Position numbers and translations under genes: made by a program. This document shows positions 1-8,678 of a stretch of 23,288 nucleotides of DNA, in pieces. The DNA comes from Candidatus Heimdallarchaeota archaeon. GTDB lineage: Archaea > Asgardarchaeota > Heimdallarchaeia > Hodarchaeales > Hodarchaeaceae. Numbering within the stretch: position 1 is the stretch's first letter; each line of letters starts with the position of its first letter. The notes under the pieces are model-generated. The model worked only from the letters and a program-made list of their open reading frames with translations. It was not told the origin of the DNA and made no database searches. Where the stretch lies: assembly GCA_048881705.1 (NCBI GenBank), contig JBHLSH010000063.1:1-23288 (forward strand). The letters run 5' to 3'.

Positions 1-137
1 TTCAAGGATTTGAGGTATTGATTTAATTTCAATGAAGGAAGGCTTTGCTCCCGAGATGGAATAAAACTTTCTTACAACGTATCCTACTAAATAAGGACGT
101 AAATGATTTTCAAGTTGCCTGAGACGATTGTTTAAGC

Positions 138-956
138 ATGGATATCAAGACTACCGTCACTCTAAACAATCAGATTAAGATGCCAATGTTCGGCCTGGGC
201 ACATATACCCTGAGAGGAAAAGCAGCAGTTTCCGCGTTGCATGAAGCGTTCCGAAACGGTTATCGACTGCTTGATACTGCATCGTTCTACGGGAATGAGC
301 GCGAAATCGGTGAAGCAATTCGAACCTCCGAGATCCCGAGAGAGGAATTCTTTGTTACAACCAAATTATGGAACAGCGATCACGGGTTCCAGAAAACTTT
401 GAAAGCGTTCGATAGAAGTCTTCAACTCCTGCAATTGGACTATATCGATTTGTTTTTGATACATTGGCCGGTTTCTAATAAGCGAAAGGAATCTTGGAAG
501 GCATTCGAATCCTTATACGAGACCAATCAGGTCCAGGCAATAGGGGTAAGTAATTATATGATACACCACTTACAGGAACTTCTCCAGGATTGTATCATCC
601 GTCCCACTGTCAACCAGATTGAATTCCATCCCTTTCATTATAGGAAAGATCTTCTCTCGTATTGTAAACATCATTCGATCCAGGTAGAGGCGTATAGCCC
701 GTTGACGAAAGGGCATCGACTTCATGATCCCCGATTGGGTTCGGTAGCAACAAAATATTCCAAAACACCCGCGCAACTGCTGATTCGGTGGGTTCTCCAG
801 CATGATGTAATTGTTATTCCCAAATCTGGGAATCCAGAAAGAATTCGAGAGAACTCAGAAGTGTTTGATTTTGCTATCTCGAAAGAAGATATGGAAGCAT
901 TGGACACACTTGACGTTCAGTACATTTCAAGTTGGGATCCCACAGACACCCCTTAG
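138..956 (+). CDS. Aldo/keto reductase (AKR5-like, 2,5-diketo-gluconate/glyoxal reductase type)
   Basis: 272 aa. GLGTY, LDTASFYGNE (catalytic D and Y), TTKLW (K), LIHWP (H), IGVSN, NQIEFHP, YSPL and IPKS motifs. Confidence 0.95.
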   Translation: MDIKTTVTLNNQIKMPMFGLGTYTLRGKAAVSALHEAFRNGYRLLDTASFYGNEREIGEAIRTSEIPREEFFVTTKLWNSDHGFQKTLKAFDRSLQLLQLDYIDLFLIHWPVSNKRKESWKAFESLYETNQVQAIGVSNYMIHHLQELLQDCIIRPTVNQIEFHPFHYRKDLLSYCKHHSIQVEAYSPLTKGHRLHDPRLGSVATKYSKTPAQLLIRWVLQHDVIVIPKSGNPERIRENSEVFDFAISKEDMEALDTLDVQYISSWDPTDTP

Positions 957-1016
957 GGTGACATAGAGGCATGAAATTTCCGGATACTTCCAATTTCGTC
1001 TATACGGTGTCCAAAA

Positions 1017-1044
1017 TTTTATATACTGCGGTTACTACGCAGTA
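1017..1044 (+). promoter_or_regulatory. TATA-like box with adjoining inverted repeat (putative operator) upstream of the 1087 gene
   Basis: TTTTATATA at 1017-1025 overlaps the perfect 7-bp IR TACTGCG-N7-CGCAGTA (1024-1044). Confidence 0.45.
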
Positions 1045-1086
1045 AGACCATCAATACGGATAAAAAGTTTATTAGAGGTACATGAA

Positions 1087-1497
1087 TTGAAAAGATTTGA
1101 CCAAGATACTTATTTGAGAATTGGAATTATAATCGGTGGGATCTACGACTTAGTTCTTGGAGGAAGTCTCCTATTCCCTGATCTTATCCCCCCTGTATTA
1201 AGTATAGGCAAGCCTAATCCCGAAATCTACAGCTATGTCGTTGGTCTGTTCCTTATTGCGGTAGGATATTTGTTATTGATTTCCTCTCAAGATGTCACAA
1301 GACTTGCGTTCATAGGAGTCGGTTCGTGCTTTGTACGTCTGGGGTTTGCCTTAATCGCTGTTTTATCGTGGCTAACGATTGGGATTGAAACTGGATATTT
1401 ATTATTAGCAATGACAGATACAATAACAGCTGCTTTTATCTTAATTCCTATGGTTTTGACCGAGGGAATTTCGTGGACCAGTTTATGGCAGGTGTGA
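1087..1497 (+). CDS. Hypothetical integral membrane protein (~4 TM helices)
   Basis: 136 aa with four hydrophobic segments. TTG start preceded by GAGGT at 7-nt spacing. Confidence 0.75.
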   Translation: MKRFDQDTYLRIGIIIGGIYDLVLGGSLLFPDLIPPVLSIGKPNPEIYSYVVGLFLIAVGYLLLISSQDVTRLAFIGVGSCFVRLGFALIAVLSWLTIGIETGYLLLAMTDTITAAFILIPMVLTEGISWTSLWQV

Positions 1498-1573
1498 CAG
1501 GTTATTATCAGAAAGATCTGCAAAACACACTCTTATGATGGAAATAAACATGTTTTCCCTATTATTTGACTGG

Positions 1574-2533
1574 TTACATCGCGTTGTTCAAGACATGAAG
1601 CGCGTCTACTGTTATGAATTCATTCATACGTTTCTTGCCAGTTCCTCCCCAATTTACCAATGATCTCCCGCTCTTGTTAACGTTATCCGTGACTTGGTAA
1701 TACTTCCTTTCAGCAGGAAATCCTCCATCAGGTAGTTGTTTCGATTTCAATAGATTCAGTGCGTCCTGACATCTCTCATCAGGTAGGAATCCTCCCTCCA
1801 TCAAGACTTTTAGGCCGAACAGGATATTGTAGTGCCAGTAGTACGGATAATATAGCTGCACAAACTCCTTTCGTATGATTTGTCCATCCCGATGTCTCTT
1901 GTACATTTTACGCTTGAAGAAAATACGAGATGCCCGGCTAGCAATAGTTCTTGATAACTTGTCAGATTTGAAGTGAGAATACAGATTCAAACCTCGTAAG
2001 GGAAGAAGAGATTCCATAAAGGATGAATTCTGAGCTGTTGGACTTTTATCACAATTCCAACCACCATCCTCCCATTGCCACCGATTCAACCTATCCACCA
2101 GAATTCCAACCCTTTTATCTTCTAATCGCAATTTCAAAAGATAGTACAGAGCGTTTCCCTCCATTGACGCACATTTTCGATATCGACCATTGATTAGGCG
2201 CGCGTTTTTCTTCTCATACTCCTCAGAGAGTAACCATTGGAAGACTTGCTCCTTTAGAGGAACCAGGGATTCATCCCCCTCTGGATAATCAAGGTCTGCA
2301 ATTGCAGACAAGACCCAATGGGCCCCAAACCACTTTTTATACGGGTGATATGGGATTTTACCTTCAGAATCACGTTCTGAGAGAAGCTTTTCAACAAAAC
2401 TTGACGATCTGATATTATCTTGGAGCCTAAGCATTTCCGAAGACTGTGGATCCTTTCCCAATAGATATACATGGGTCTTATACACAATCGAAGGATTTTC
2501 TGATCTTAAAAGTCTGGCGAGGATACTCGGCAT
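1574..2533 (-). CDS. Prenyltransferase/squalene-cyclase (alpha/alpha barrel) repeat-like protein, function unknown
   Basis: QW-like repeats RWQWEDGGWNC and KQLPDGGFP, plus YPYYWHYNIL. Start placed at ATG 2533; the ORF track extends it to 2605. Confidence 0.72.
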   Translation of the reverse strand: MPSILARLLRSENPSIVYKTHVYLLGKDPQSSEMLRLQDNIRSSSFVEKLLSERDSEGKIPYHPYKKWFGAHWVLSAIADLDYPEGDESLVPLKEQVFQWLLSEEYEKKNARLINGRYRKCASMEGNALYYLLKLRLEDKRVGILVDRLNRWQWEDGGWNCDKSPTAQNSSFMESLLPLRGLNLYSHFKSDKLSRTIASRASRIFFKRKMYKRHRDGQIIRKEFVQLYYPYYWHYNILFGLKVLMEGGFLPDERCQDALNLLKSKQLPDGGFPAERKYYQVTDNVNKSGRSLVNWGGTGKKRMNEFITVDALHVLNNAM

Positions 2534-2711
2534 TGTCGTTGCATCAAGAAGATAAGTCTGGTTAATCAATTCCGAACAAATGAAGTGGGCTATAACTGTA
2601 ATCATCCAAAGCTAGAGAAGAATAGCAAAGGTTGAGAGATTTTAGCTGAATCACAGATAAATTTGTTATCAAAGATGTGCTCAATTGCCAGCTTGCGGGG
2701 ACGTGGGTTAT

Positions 2712-3815
2712 TTAGACACGAGCTTCTTTATGTGAAGACGCCGCCTTCATGGTTAGATCCACCAAATGATCCGTAGTGACACCAGGCATGTCAAAAGATT
2801 TCGTAGTCTTCTGAATTATGTTTTTCAATTCATTTTCTTCAACATGCACTCCTTTCAAGTCCTTTTCGAGAATACTAAGTCCTTCCACGGGTTCAACGGT
2901 AATGTCTCCTGATAAACTAGGTTCGTAGGTAATCACGTTATCTTCGGTCACATAAACACCTCTGATCAAACCCCCAGGAGTTTTAATCATGGATTCCGAC
3001 ACAAACATTCCCCCTTTTATTTTCACAGCACGTAATGCTGCGGAACGGCCGCTAATGGCGTATTTCCAGGCATCCGTTTTATAGGTAGTATTTAATTCCC
3101 CCATCTTGTCTTTTACTGACGGAGGTAGCGAAATTCTTTCGAATTCAATATCCAGAATGGATCCGAAGTTATCGAGAAAAGTTGTAATTAGGGTGGCGGT
3201 ATCAGGGATCGTCCCAAGTAATGAATGAAAACTTCCCACGCGGTCTTCTAGAGACTTGGCCACTTTATCCCTAAACTTTTCATCGGGAACTCGCAAAACC
3301 TGAGCCATTTCCGAGGAGGGAAAACTTAAAATGAAATTTCCGGTCAAAATACGAGAATCACCCAAGGTAGCGGCGCCATTCCCAGATATCTTTTTTCCTT
3401 CGGCAACTATATCATTGATGGGGGCAAATCGGGCATTGATACCTAGGTTTTGATAGGTTGAGACGACAGGCTGTAGTAGCTTTTGGTAAAAATCCAAAGT
3501 TCTTCCCCTCAAATTCGGATTCTTGGGGTCAGTAATCATGTGATAGAATATCTGATTCCCATCCAGGAAAACTTGTCCCCCGCCACACGCGCGTCGATAA
3601 ACTTCATATCCCCTTTGTTCGCAGGCAGCTAAATCAACTTCTATTTTTGGATCCTGATGATAACCCACACTAACGAATGGCCGATTAGGCCAATCGATCA
3701 ACAAGATGTTATCATATTTTGTTTCCTGTCTGGTCAGCGCCGCTGCATGCCACACGGTTTGTGTTTCAAGTGAAGCAATTTCATTTAATTGGACTAATCC
3801 CCAAACTTCCGTCAT
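2712..3815 (-). CDS. lplA: Lipoate-protein ligase, fused catalytic and accessory domains (Lpl(AB)/sLpl(AB)-like)
   Basis: VSVGYHQD, RRACGGGQVFLD and KKISGNG motifs; C-terminal KTPGGLIR...SGD accessory domain. Confidence 0.9.
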   Translation of the reverse strand: MTEVWGLVQLNEIASLETQTVWHAAALTRQETKYDNILLIDWPNRPFVSVGYHQDPKIEVDLAACEQRGYEVYRRACGGGQVFLDGNQIFYHMITDPKNPNLRGRTLDFYQKLLQPVVSTYQNLGINARFAPINDIVAEGKKISGNGAATLGDSRILTGNFILSFPSSEMAQVLRVPDEKFRDKVAKSLEDRVGSFHSLLGTIPDTATLITTFLDNFGSILDIEFERISLPPSVKDKMGELNTTYKTDAWKYAISGRSAALRAVKIKGGMFVSESMIKTPGGLIRGVYVTEDNVITYEPSLSGDITVEPVEGLSILEKDLKGVHVEENELKNIIQKTTKSFDMPGVTTDHLVDLTMKAASSHKEARV

Positions 3816-4013
3816 ATGCTATGCTTTCCTATTTAATGTAGAGTTAGAAACGGGAAGATGACTAGGTTAAAAAGGGACTTGTTCGAGTAAGAACGATAAA
3901 AGACGAAAGTTACTACACCAGAAGAAATGGTTTTTGGATAAACTCAAGGCTATGAGATAGGAAGACCTTTTACGTGTCAAAGATGGTGCACTGAGAGAAG
4001 CCTATTTAATTCG

Positions 4014-4051
4014 AACAGCTGTTGAAGTCAGCTTGTTACTTTAATGTAACA
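4014..4051. promoter_or_regulatory. Two palindromic sites in the divergent lplA/gcvH intergenic region
   Basis: AACAGCTGTT (4014-4023) and TGTTAC-N6-GTAACA (4034-4051), ending 13 nt before the gcvH start. Confidence 0.4.
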
Positions 4052-4064
4052 GAGTAGAATTAAA

Positions 4065-4532
4065 TTGTCTTATGCAGAGATATACAACTGCGTTTTACCC
4101 AATCAGCTATATTATAACGTAACTGATGATACCTGGCTTCGAAAGAATGCGAATGGAACTGTTACTATCGGGATTACAGATATCGGACAGACACTGGCTG
4201 GAACGGTGCTGCACGCAACTCCCAAGCAAATAGGAGCTGTCTTAAAAAAAGGTGACCCCATCACCTTAATAGAGAGTAATAAGTGGGTTGGCCCAATCAA
4301 ATCGCCAATTTCAGGCACAATCATTGATACGAATGAGGTAATCCTGGAGAAGGCCGATTTATTGAACAGCTCCCCATATAACCAAGGATGGCTAGCGGTA
4401 ATGCAACCATCCAATCTCGATGAAGAAATATTCCAGCTTAAATCCGGTGAGTCAGCCGTTGAGGCTTATAAGGCCAAAATGGACAAGGAAGATCTTAAAC
4501 GGTGCGAACATTCTGAAGGTTTTGAGATCTAA
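4065..4532 (+). CDS. gcvH: Lipoyl-carrier protein of the GcvH family (LbpA-like)
   Basis: LYY...TW, TIGITD, IESNKWVGPIKSPISG with lipoyl-Lys73, and NSSPYNQGWL. Cys9 and Cys147 at the termini. TTG start. Confidence 0.9.
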   Translation: MSYAEIYNCVLPNQLYYNVTDDTWLRKNANGTVTIGITDIGQTLAGTVLHATPKQIGAVLKKGDPITLIESNKWVGPIKSPISGTIIDTNEVILEKADLLNSSPYNQGWLAVMQPSNLDEEIFQLKSGESAVEAYKAKMDKEDLKRCEHSEGFEI

Positions 4533-4558
4533 AAGATTGTCCTTTATTAGCTTCCGAG

Positions 4559-5362
4559 GTGGCTCTGACGGATAATATTAAGGATCCGGATTTCACGCAA
4601 ATATCAGAGAAAATCTTGTATTTTCCAGGACACGCAAACATTACGGTCCTGAATTTGGATTCAAACAGCTTAATGATTGATTGTGGGAGGAACATCAATG
4701 AAGCAAAGGCAATAAAGAGGATTACAGGGGATATTTTTGGGAACGACATAAGATATGTTGCATTAACGCATTTTCATAATGATCACACCCATAGTTTGCC
4801 CTGCTTCTCTGATTGCGATATTATAGCGTCTGCCCGAGTTAGAAAGTTCCTAAGATCTGCAAAACGAAAAAGAATCAAAGAATGTACAGCGGATTGGCAA
4901 CAAATTCCGAATATTACCTTCACAGCTGATTACGTTCTCAAAGAAGCAGGTTACCAAATCCTTTGCAAACAAACTGGAGGACACACACCTGATTCATGTT
5001 ATGTGTATTCTTCTGGACACAAGGTTTTAGTAGCCGGAGACAATCTTCGTTCCGATTTTCTTTGGGGCGGTCGAAATTGTAATCCAGACCATTGGATTTC
5101 CGCGCTAAAGGAATTTGCTACCTTGGACGCGGATTACATTATAATCGGACATGGAGAGATTTTGACGACTGAAAATGTAAAGGCGGTTCTGGATTTAACG
5201 GTTGAGGTTAAAAGGAGAACAGAAAGTTTATTATCACAAAACGTCAGCGATCCCGAGATAATAGCGGATGTATCGAAGATGAAAACCCCAGATAAATATG
5301 GCATATTTATTCATGCCGATACCGTGCCTAAGTGGCTAAAATTCTGGAAAAATAGAATCTAA
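4559..5362 (+). CDS. Metallo-beta-lactamase fold hydrolase
   Basis: IDCG, THFHNDH (HxHxDH), GGHT, AGD and GHG motifs. GTG start 26 nt after gcvH. Confidence 0.87.
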   Translation: MALTDNIKDPDFTQISEKILYFPGHANITVLNLDSNSLMIDCGRNINEAKAIKRITGDIFGNDIRYVALTHFHNDHTHSLPCFSDCDIIASARVRKFLRSAKRKRIKECTADWQQIPNITFTADYVLKEAGYQILCKQTGGHTPDSCYVYSSGHKVLVAGDNLRSDFLWGGRNCNPDHWISALKEFATLDADYIIIGHGEILTTENVKAVLDLTVEVKRRTESLLSQNVSDPEIIADVSKMKTPDKYGIFIHADTVPKWLKFWKNRI

Positions 5363-5558
5363 TAGACGAGTATGATTTCCTTGAGATCTTTACCTGCTGA
5401 CACCCAACAAAAGTTCAAATCAAACTTTAATTCCATATGTAAACTTCTCGTTGTTAGAAATCTGAATTTCCTGAAGTAAATTCTGTTTATAAGCCCACTG
5501 ACGGTACCAACATATAATTCTTTTAAGTAGATAATAGAACGGAAATTGGTGCTAATTA

Positions 5559-6509
5559 TTGGCAAATTTTGACATCTCCGGTTCTGAAGAAAAGATTATT
5601 ACCACAATTTCCAATTTTATTGAAAATCAAAGCAGGGATCGGGGTGTTGATGGTGTCCTTATTCTTTTCTCTGGTTATATCGATTCCACAATAGTTGCGA
5701 GGCTTTCCTTGGATATTTTTGGAAAAGAAAAAGTAAAACTGTTTGTCAGGATGGACAGATTCAATAAGAATCAGGCCGAAATTTTGACCAATTCTTTTGA
5801 CTTCTTGGGCGTGGATGATGAAAATATCGAGAGCCTCAATATTGATCCAATTGTTGACCAACTAAAAACTACAAAAATCCCAACTAGTGCTATCAAGGAA
5901 GTCCAATCTATCTACGAACCCCTGAGCTATGATCTCCTAAAAATAACAATGAAAGATGAGATTTTGGAGAAAACCTACGGTATGATTGGCTCCATAGACT
6001 CTGAACGGGAGAGGCAACTCCGAAATATATTTGCTTATAATAAGCTACGCTCTCGTATCCATATGGCGGCCGCATACCTCTTTGCCGAACAGGAGAATCG
6101 TTTATTACTCGGTAGTATCAATAAAACTGAAATTCAAACGGGATTATTCACAAAATGGGGATATGGACACTGTTCAGATTTACTACCGCTTGGGGATCTA
6201 TACCGAACTCAAATACTGCAATTGGCCGAAAAGTTGGAGATTCCCCATTCCATTCGGGATTTAGCCAAGGCAGATTTGGTACCAGGTATAAAAAACAAGT
6301 ATCTGTATTTCTTTAATCTTGATTCGAGTCAAGTCGATACAATACTGATGAATTTGTCGGAAGGTCTTGACGCCAAGATGATAAGTCGGAAATACGAAAT
6401 TGAAATCGACACGGTAAAGCGAGTGGACTTTTTTTACAGTTCGGCCCCGTTTTCTACAGGGGATCCAATGATACCCAAAATAGAAATCGACTTCGGCTCG
6501 GAAAACTAG
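5559..6509 (+). CDS. nadE: NH3-dependent NAD+ synthetase (NadE)-like protein with degenerate motifs
   Basis: SGYIDS PP-loop variant, RSRIHM, NKTE, FTKWG, DLLPLGDLYRTQI and ADLVPG. Several catalytic motifs are altered. Confidence 0.78.
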   Translation: MANFDISGSEEKIITTISNFIENQSRDRGVDGVLILFSGYIDSTIVARLSLDIFGKEKVKLFVRMDRFNKNQAEILTNSFDFLGVDDENIESLNIDPIVDQLKTTKIPTSAIKEVQSIYEPLSYDLLKITMKDEILEKTYGMIGSIDSERERQLRNIFAYNKLRSRIHMAAAYLFAEQENRLLLGSINKTEIQTGLFTKWGYGHCSDLLPLGDLYRTQILQLAEKLEIPHSIRDLAKADLVPGIKNKYLYFFNLDSSQVDTILMNLSEGLDAKMISRKYEIEIDTVKRVDFFYSSAPFSTGDPMIPKIEIDFGSEN

Positions 6510-6591
6510 ATAGCAATCCAGAGTTTCATTCCTGTTTTCGTTGGATGAATATATCGTTCTTTTTCAAGTTCAGGTGAGTCTGAGGTTAATT

Positions 6592-6638
6592 TTCGTAATT
6601 TAATACGAATTTTGTATAAAAGTTCTTACTTATATAAA
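6592..6638 (+). promoter_or_regulatory. Inverted repeat plus TATA-like box upstream of the aminopeptidase
   Basis: TTCGTA-N6-TACGAA (6592-6609) and TTATATAAA (6630-6638). Confidence 0.35.
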
Positions 6639-6668
6639 ACAAATCCTTTTTTTCTTTGAGGAACCGAA

Positions 6669-7775
6669 ATGTACAGTGATTATTCGGAAAAATTAGCAAG
6701 TTTGGTTGTGAATTACGCGGTCCGTGTTGAATCAGAAGATACTGTGATAATTCAAGCCCCTAGCAACGCCCAGGAGCTTGTTCGAGAAATCTATAGGGAA
6801 GTATTGCAGGCAGGAGGGCACGTAATTCAAACACGTCTTTCTTTTGATGGGCAGCTAGAGACTTTCTACAAATATGCTTCCGATGGGCAGTTGGAGTATG
6901 TAGATACCACAGCTATTGACATTATCAAAAAAGTAAAAAAGTTGATCAACGTATATTCCTCCTTCAACACCCGCGCTCTTACTAATGTTTTACCTGAAAA
7001 AAAGGCTTTGGTCGCAGAGGCTAGAAAGGAAATAAATCAGATATTCATGGAAAGATCTGCGAAAAAGGAACTTGATTGGGTTATCGCGCCTTTTCCTAAT
7101 AATTCCTTTGCTCAGGAGGCCAATATGGGACGTTTTGAATATTTGGAGTTTGTGTATAATGCCCTACATTTACAGGAAGATCCTGTCAAATTTTGGAAAA
7201 ACGTTGAAGTTAAACAGGAGAAAATCATAGAGATTTTGAATAAAGGATCGGAATTTCGCATCATTGGCGAGGATACTGATCTATTTCTTGGTATAGAAGG
7301 AAGAAAATGGATAAACGCTTCTGGACATCGCAACCTTCCTGATGGAGAGGTTTTTACTGGGCCTGATGAATCCAGTACGAATGGATCCATTCGTTTCACC
7401 TATCCAGGTATCTATCAGGGTCAAGAGATTGAAAATATTAAACTTACCTTCAAGGATGGAAAGATAACAGATCATGACGCAGCAAAAGGGAAAAAATTAC
7501 TCGGGAAATTGCTGACCACCACAAACGCAGAGATTCTAGGTGAATTAGCAGTGGGAACCAATTACGGCATTCAGCGATTCACCAAAAATATGCTGTTTGA
7601 TGAAAAAATGGGAGGTACAGTCCACCTGGCCATTGGATCCGGGTATCCTGAAACTGGATCCAAGAACCAGAGTGCTATTCATTGGGACATTCTCAAGGAC
7701 ATGAAGGGACCTGAAGCGAAGATCCTCCTCGATGGCGATGTAATCTACCGACAGGGCAAGTGGATGATTCCCTGA
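6669..7775 (+). CDS. Peptidase M29 family aminopeptidase (AmpS/AmpT/PepS type)
   Basis: NLPDGEVFT, GELAVGTN, LFDEKMGGTVHLAIG and SAIHWD metal-ligand motifs. Confidence 0.93.
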   Translation: MYSDYSEKLASLVVNYAVRVESEDTVIIQAPSNAQELVREIYREVLQAGGHVIQTRLSFDGQLETFYKYASDGQLEYVDTTAIDIIKKVKKLINVYSSFNTRALTNVLPEKKALVAEARKEINQIFMERSAKKELDWVIAPFPNNSFAQEANMGRFEYLEFVYNALHLQEDPVKFWKNVEVKQEKIIEILNKGSEFRIIGEDTDLFLGIEGRKWINASGHRNLPDGEVFTGPDESSTNGSIRFTYPGIYQGQEIENIKLTFKDGKITDHDAAKGKKLLGKLLTTTNAEILGELAVGTNYGIQRFTKNMLFDEKMGGTVHLAIGSGYPETGSKNQSAIHWDILKDMKGPEAKILLDGDVIYRQGKWMIP

Positions 7776-8082
7776 GTCCAGCTCAACATGTTATATGCTA
7801 AACAATCACAAGTGAAAAACAAATCACTTTTTCGGGCAGACGATTATGAGCTGCGTCTCCTTTATGAAACTTACCTCCTCCATAGCCCATATATATGCGT
7901 AGGTCAAATCATCGCTACATTCCCAAAGGAAGGATCCGATTTGGCCGAGGAAATAACTTCTGTATATCAGCTAGAAAGGTTCGCCGTTAGGAGTCTCTTG
8001 GGTTTCCAAACGGTTTTTGAATTTGGAGTCGGCAGACGAATAGGCATCTTTGAATATTTCTATGAAAGGTGTGGGTGTTTTA

Positions 8083-8634
8083 ATGTTGATAATAGCCAAA
8101 AAAGATGATGTTATACTCCGTCATGCACGGCCAGAAGACTTCGTGGCAATCGATCGTATCACTATTACATGTTATACTCCGATTTATGAAAGTTTTATTG
8201 AAATGGTTGGTCGAGAAGCGTATCAAGAGATTTACTATGATCCGGAGAATCCTTGGCCCGAGAATAAAACATCTCAAAATCATCGCCTGTTTAAAGAACA
8301 CCCAGAATGGATCTGGGTTTTAGAAAAACTAGGCGAAATATTTGGTTATGTTTCCTTCAAACTTAGACCCGAAAAGAATTACGGAATATTCGATAATAAC
8401 GCCGTATTGCCTTCCCACGGGGGTCAAGGATGGGGAAAATTCATGTATCGACATGTTTTGAAATATTTTAGAAACTTGGGAATTCGTTTTGCGTTGGTTG
8501 AAACAGGATTGGATGATGCACACATTCCGGCTCGGAAAGCTTATGAAGGCGTTGGCTTTGACTATCAAGACCGAATTACAGTTTATTACCAGGATCTAGA
8601 CAATTTCAATGCAGGATCGGATCCCAAAGAATGA
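8083..8634 (+). CDS. GNAT family N-acetyltransferase
   Basis: LRHARPED, motif A AVLPSHGGQGWGK, and ARKAYEGVGF. Start placed at ATG 8083 after a purine-rich SD-like stretch. Confidence 0.87.
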   Translation: MLIIAKKDDVILRHARPEDFVAIDRITITCYTPIYESFIEMVGREAYQEIYYDPENPWPENKTSQNHRLFKEHPEWIWVLEKLGEIFGYVSFKLRPEKNYGIFDNNAVLPSHGGQGWGKFMYRHVLKYFRNLGIRFALVETGLDDAHIPARKAYEGVGFDYQDRITVYYQDLDNFNAGSDPKE

Positions 8635-8678
8635 GAGTCGTACTGCAAAACCATTTTGACCAACGGTTTAGAAAATTG

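Noticed and set aside
5359-5861. Minus-strand ORFs 5359-5565 and 5556-5861
   Set aside because: One is antisense to nadE and the other fills a spacer with no motifs or SD; likely spurious.
7788-8108. 106-aa plus-strand ORF between the aminopeptidase and GNAT, and a 48-codon minus-strand frame (7970-7824, ...GSFLWECSDDLTYAYIW...)
   Set aside because: No recognisable motifs. The plus ORF overlaps the GNAT start and the minus frame lacks a canonical start. It could be a decayed gene, but this cannot be supported without a homology search.
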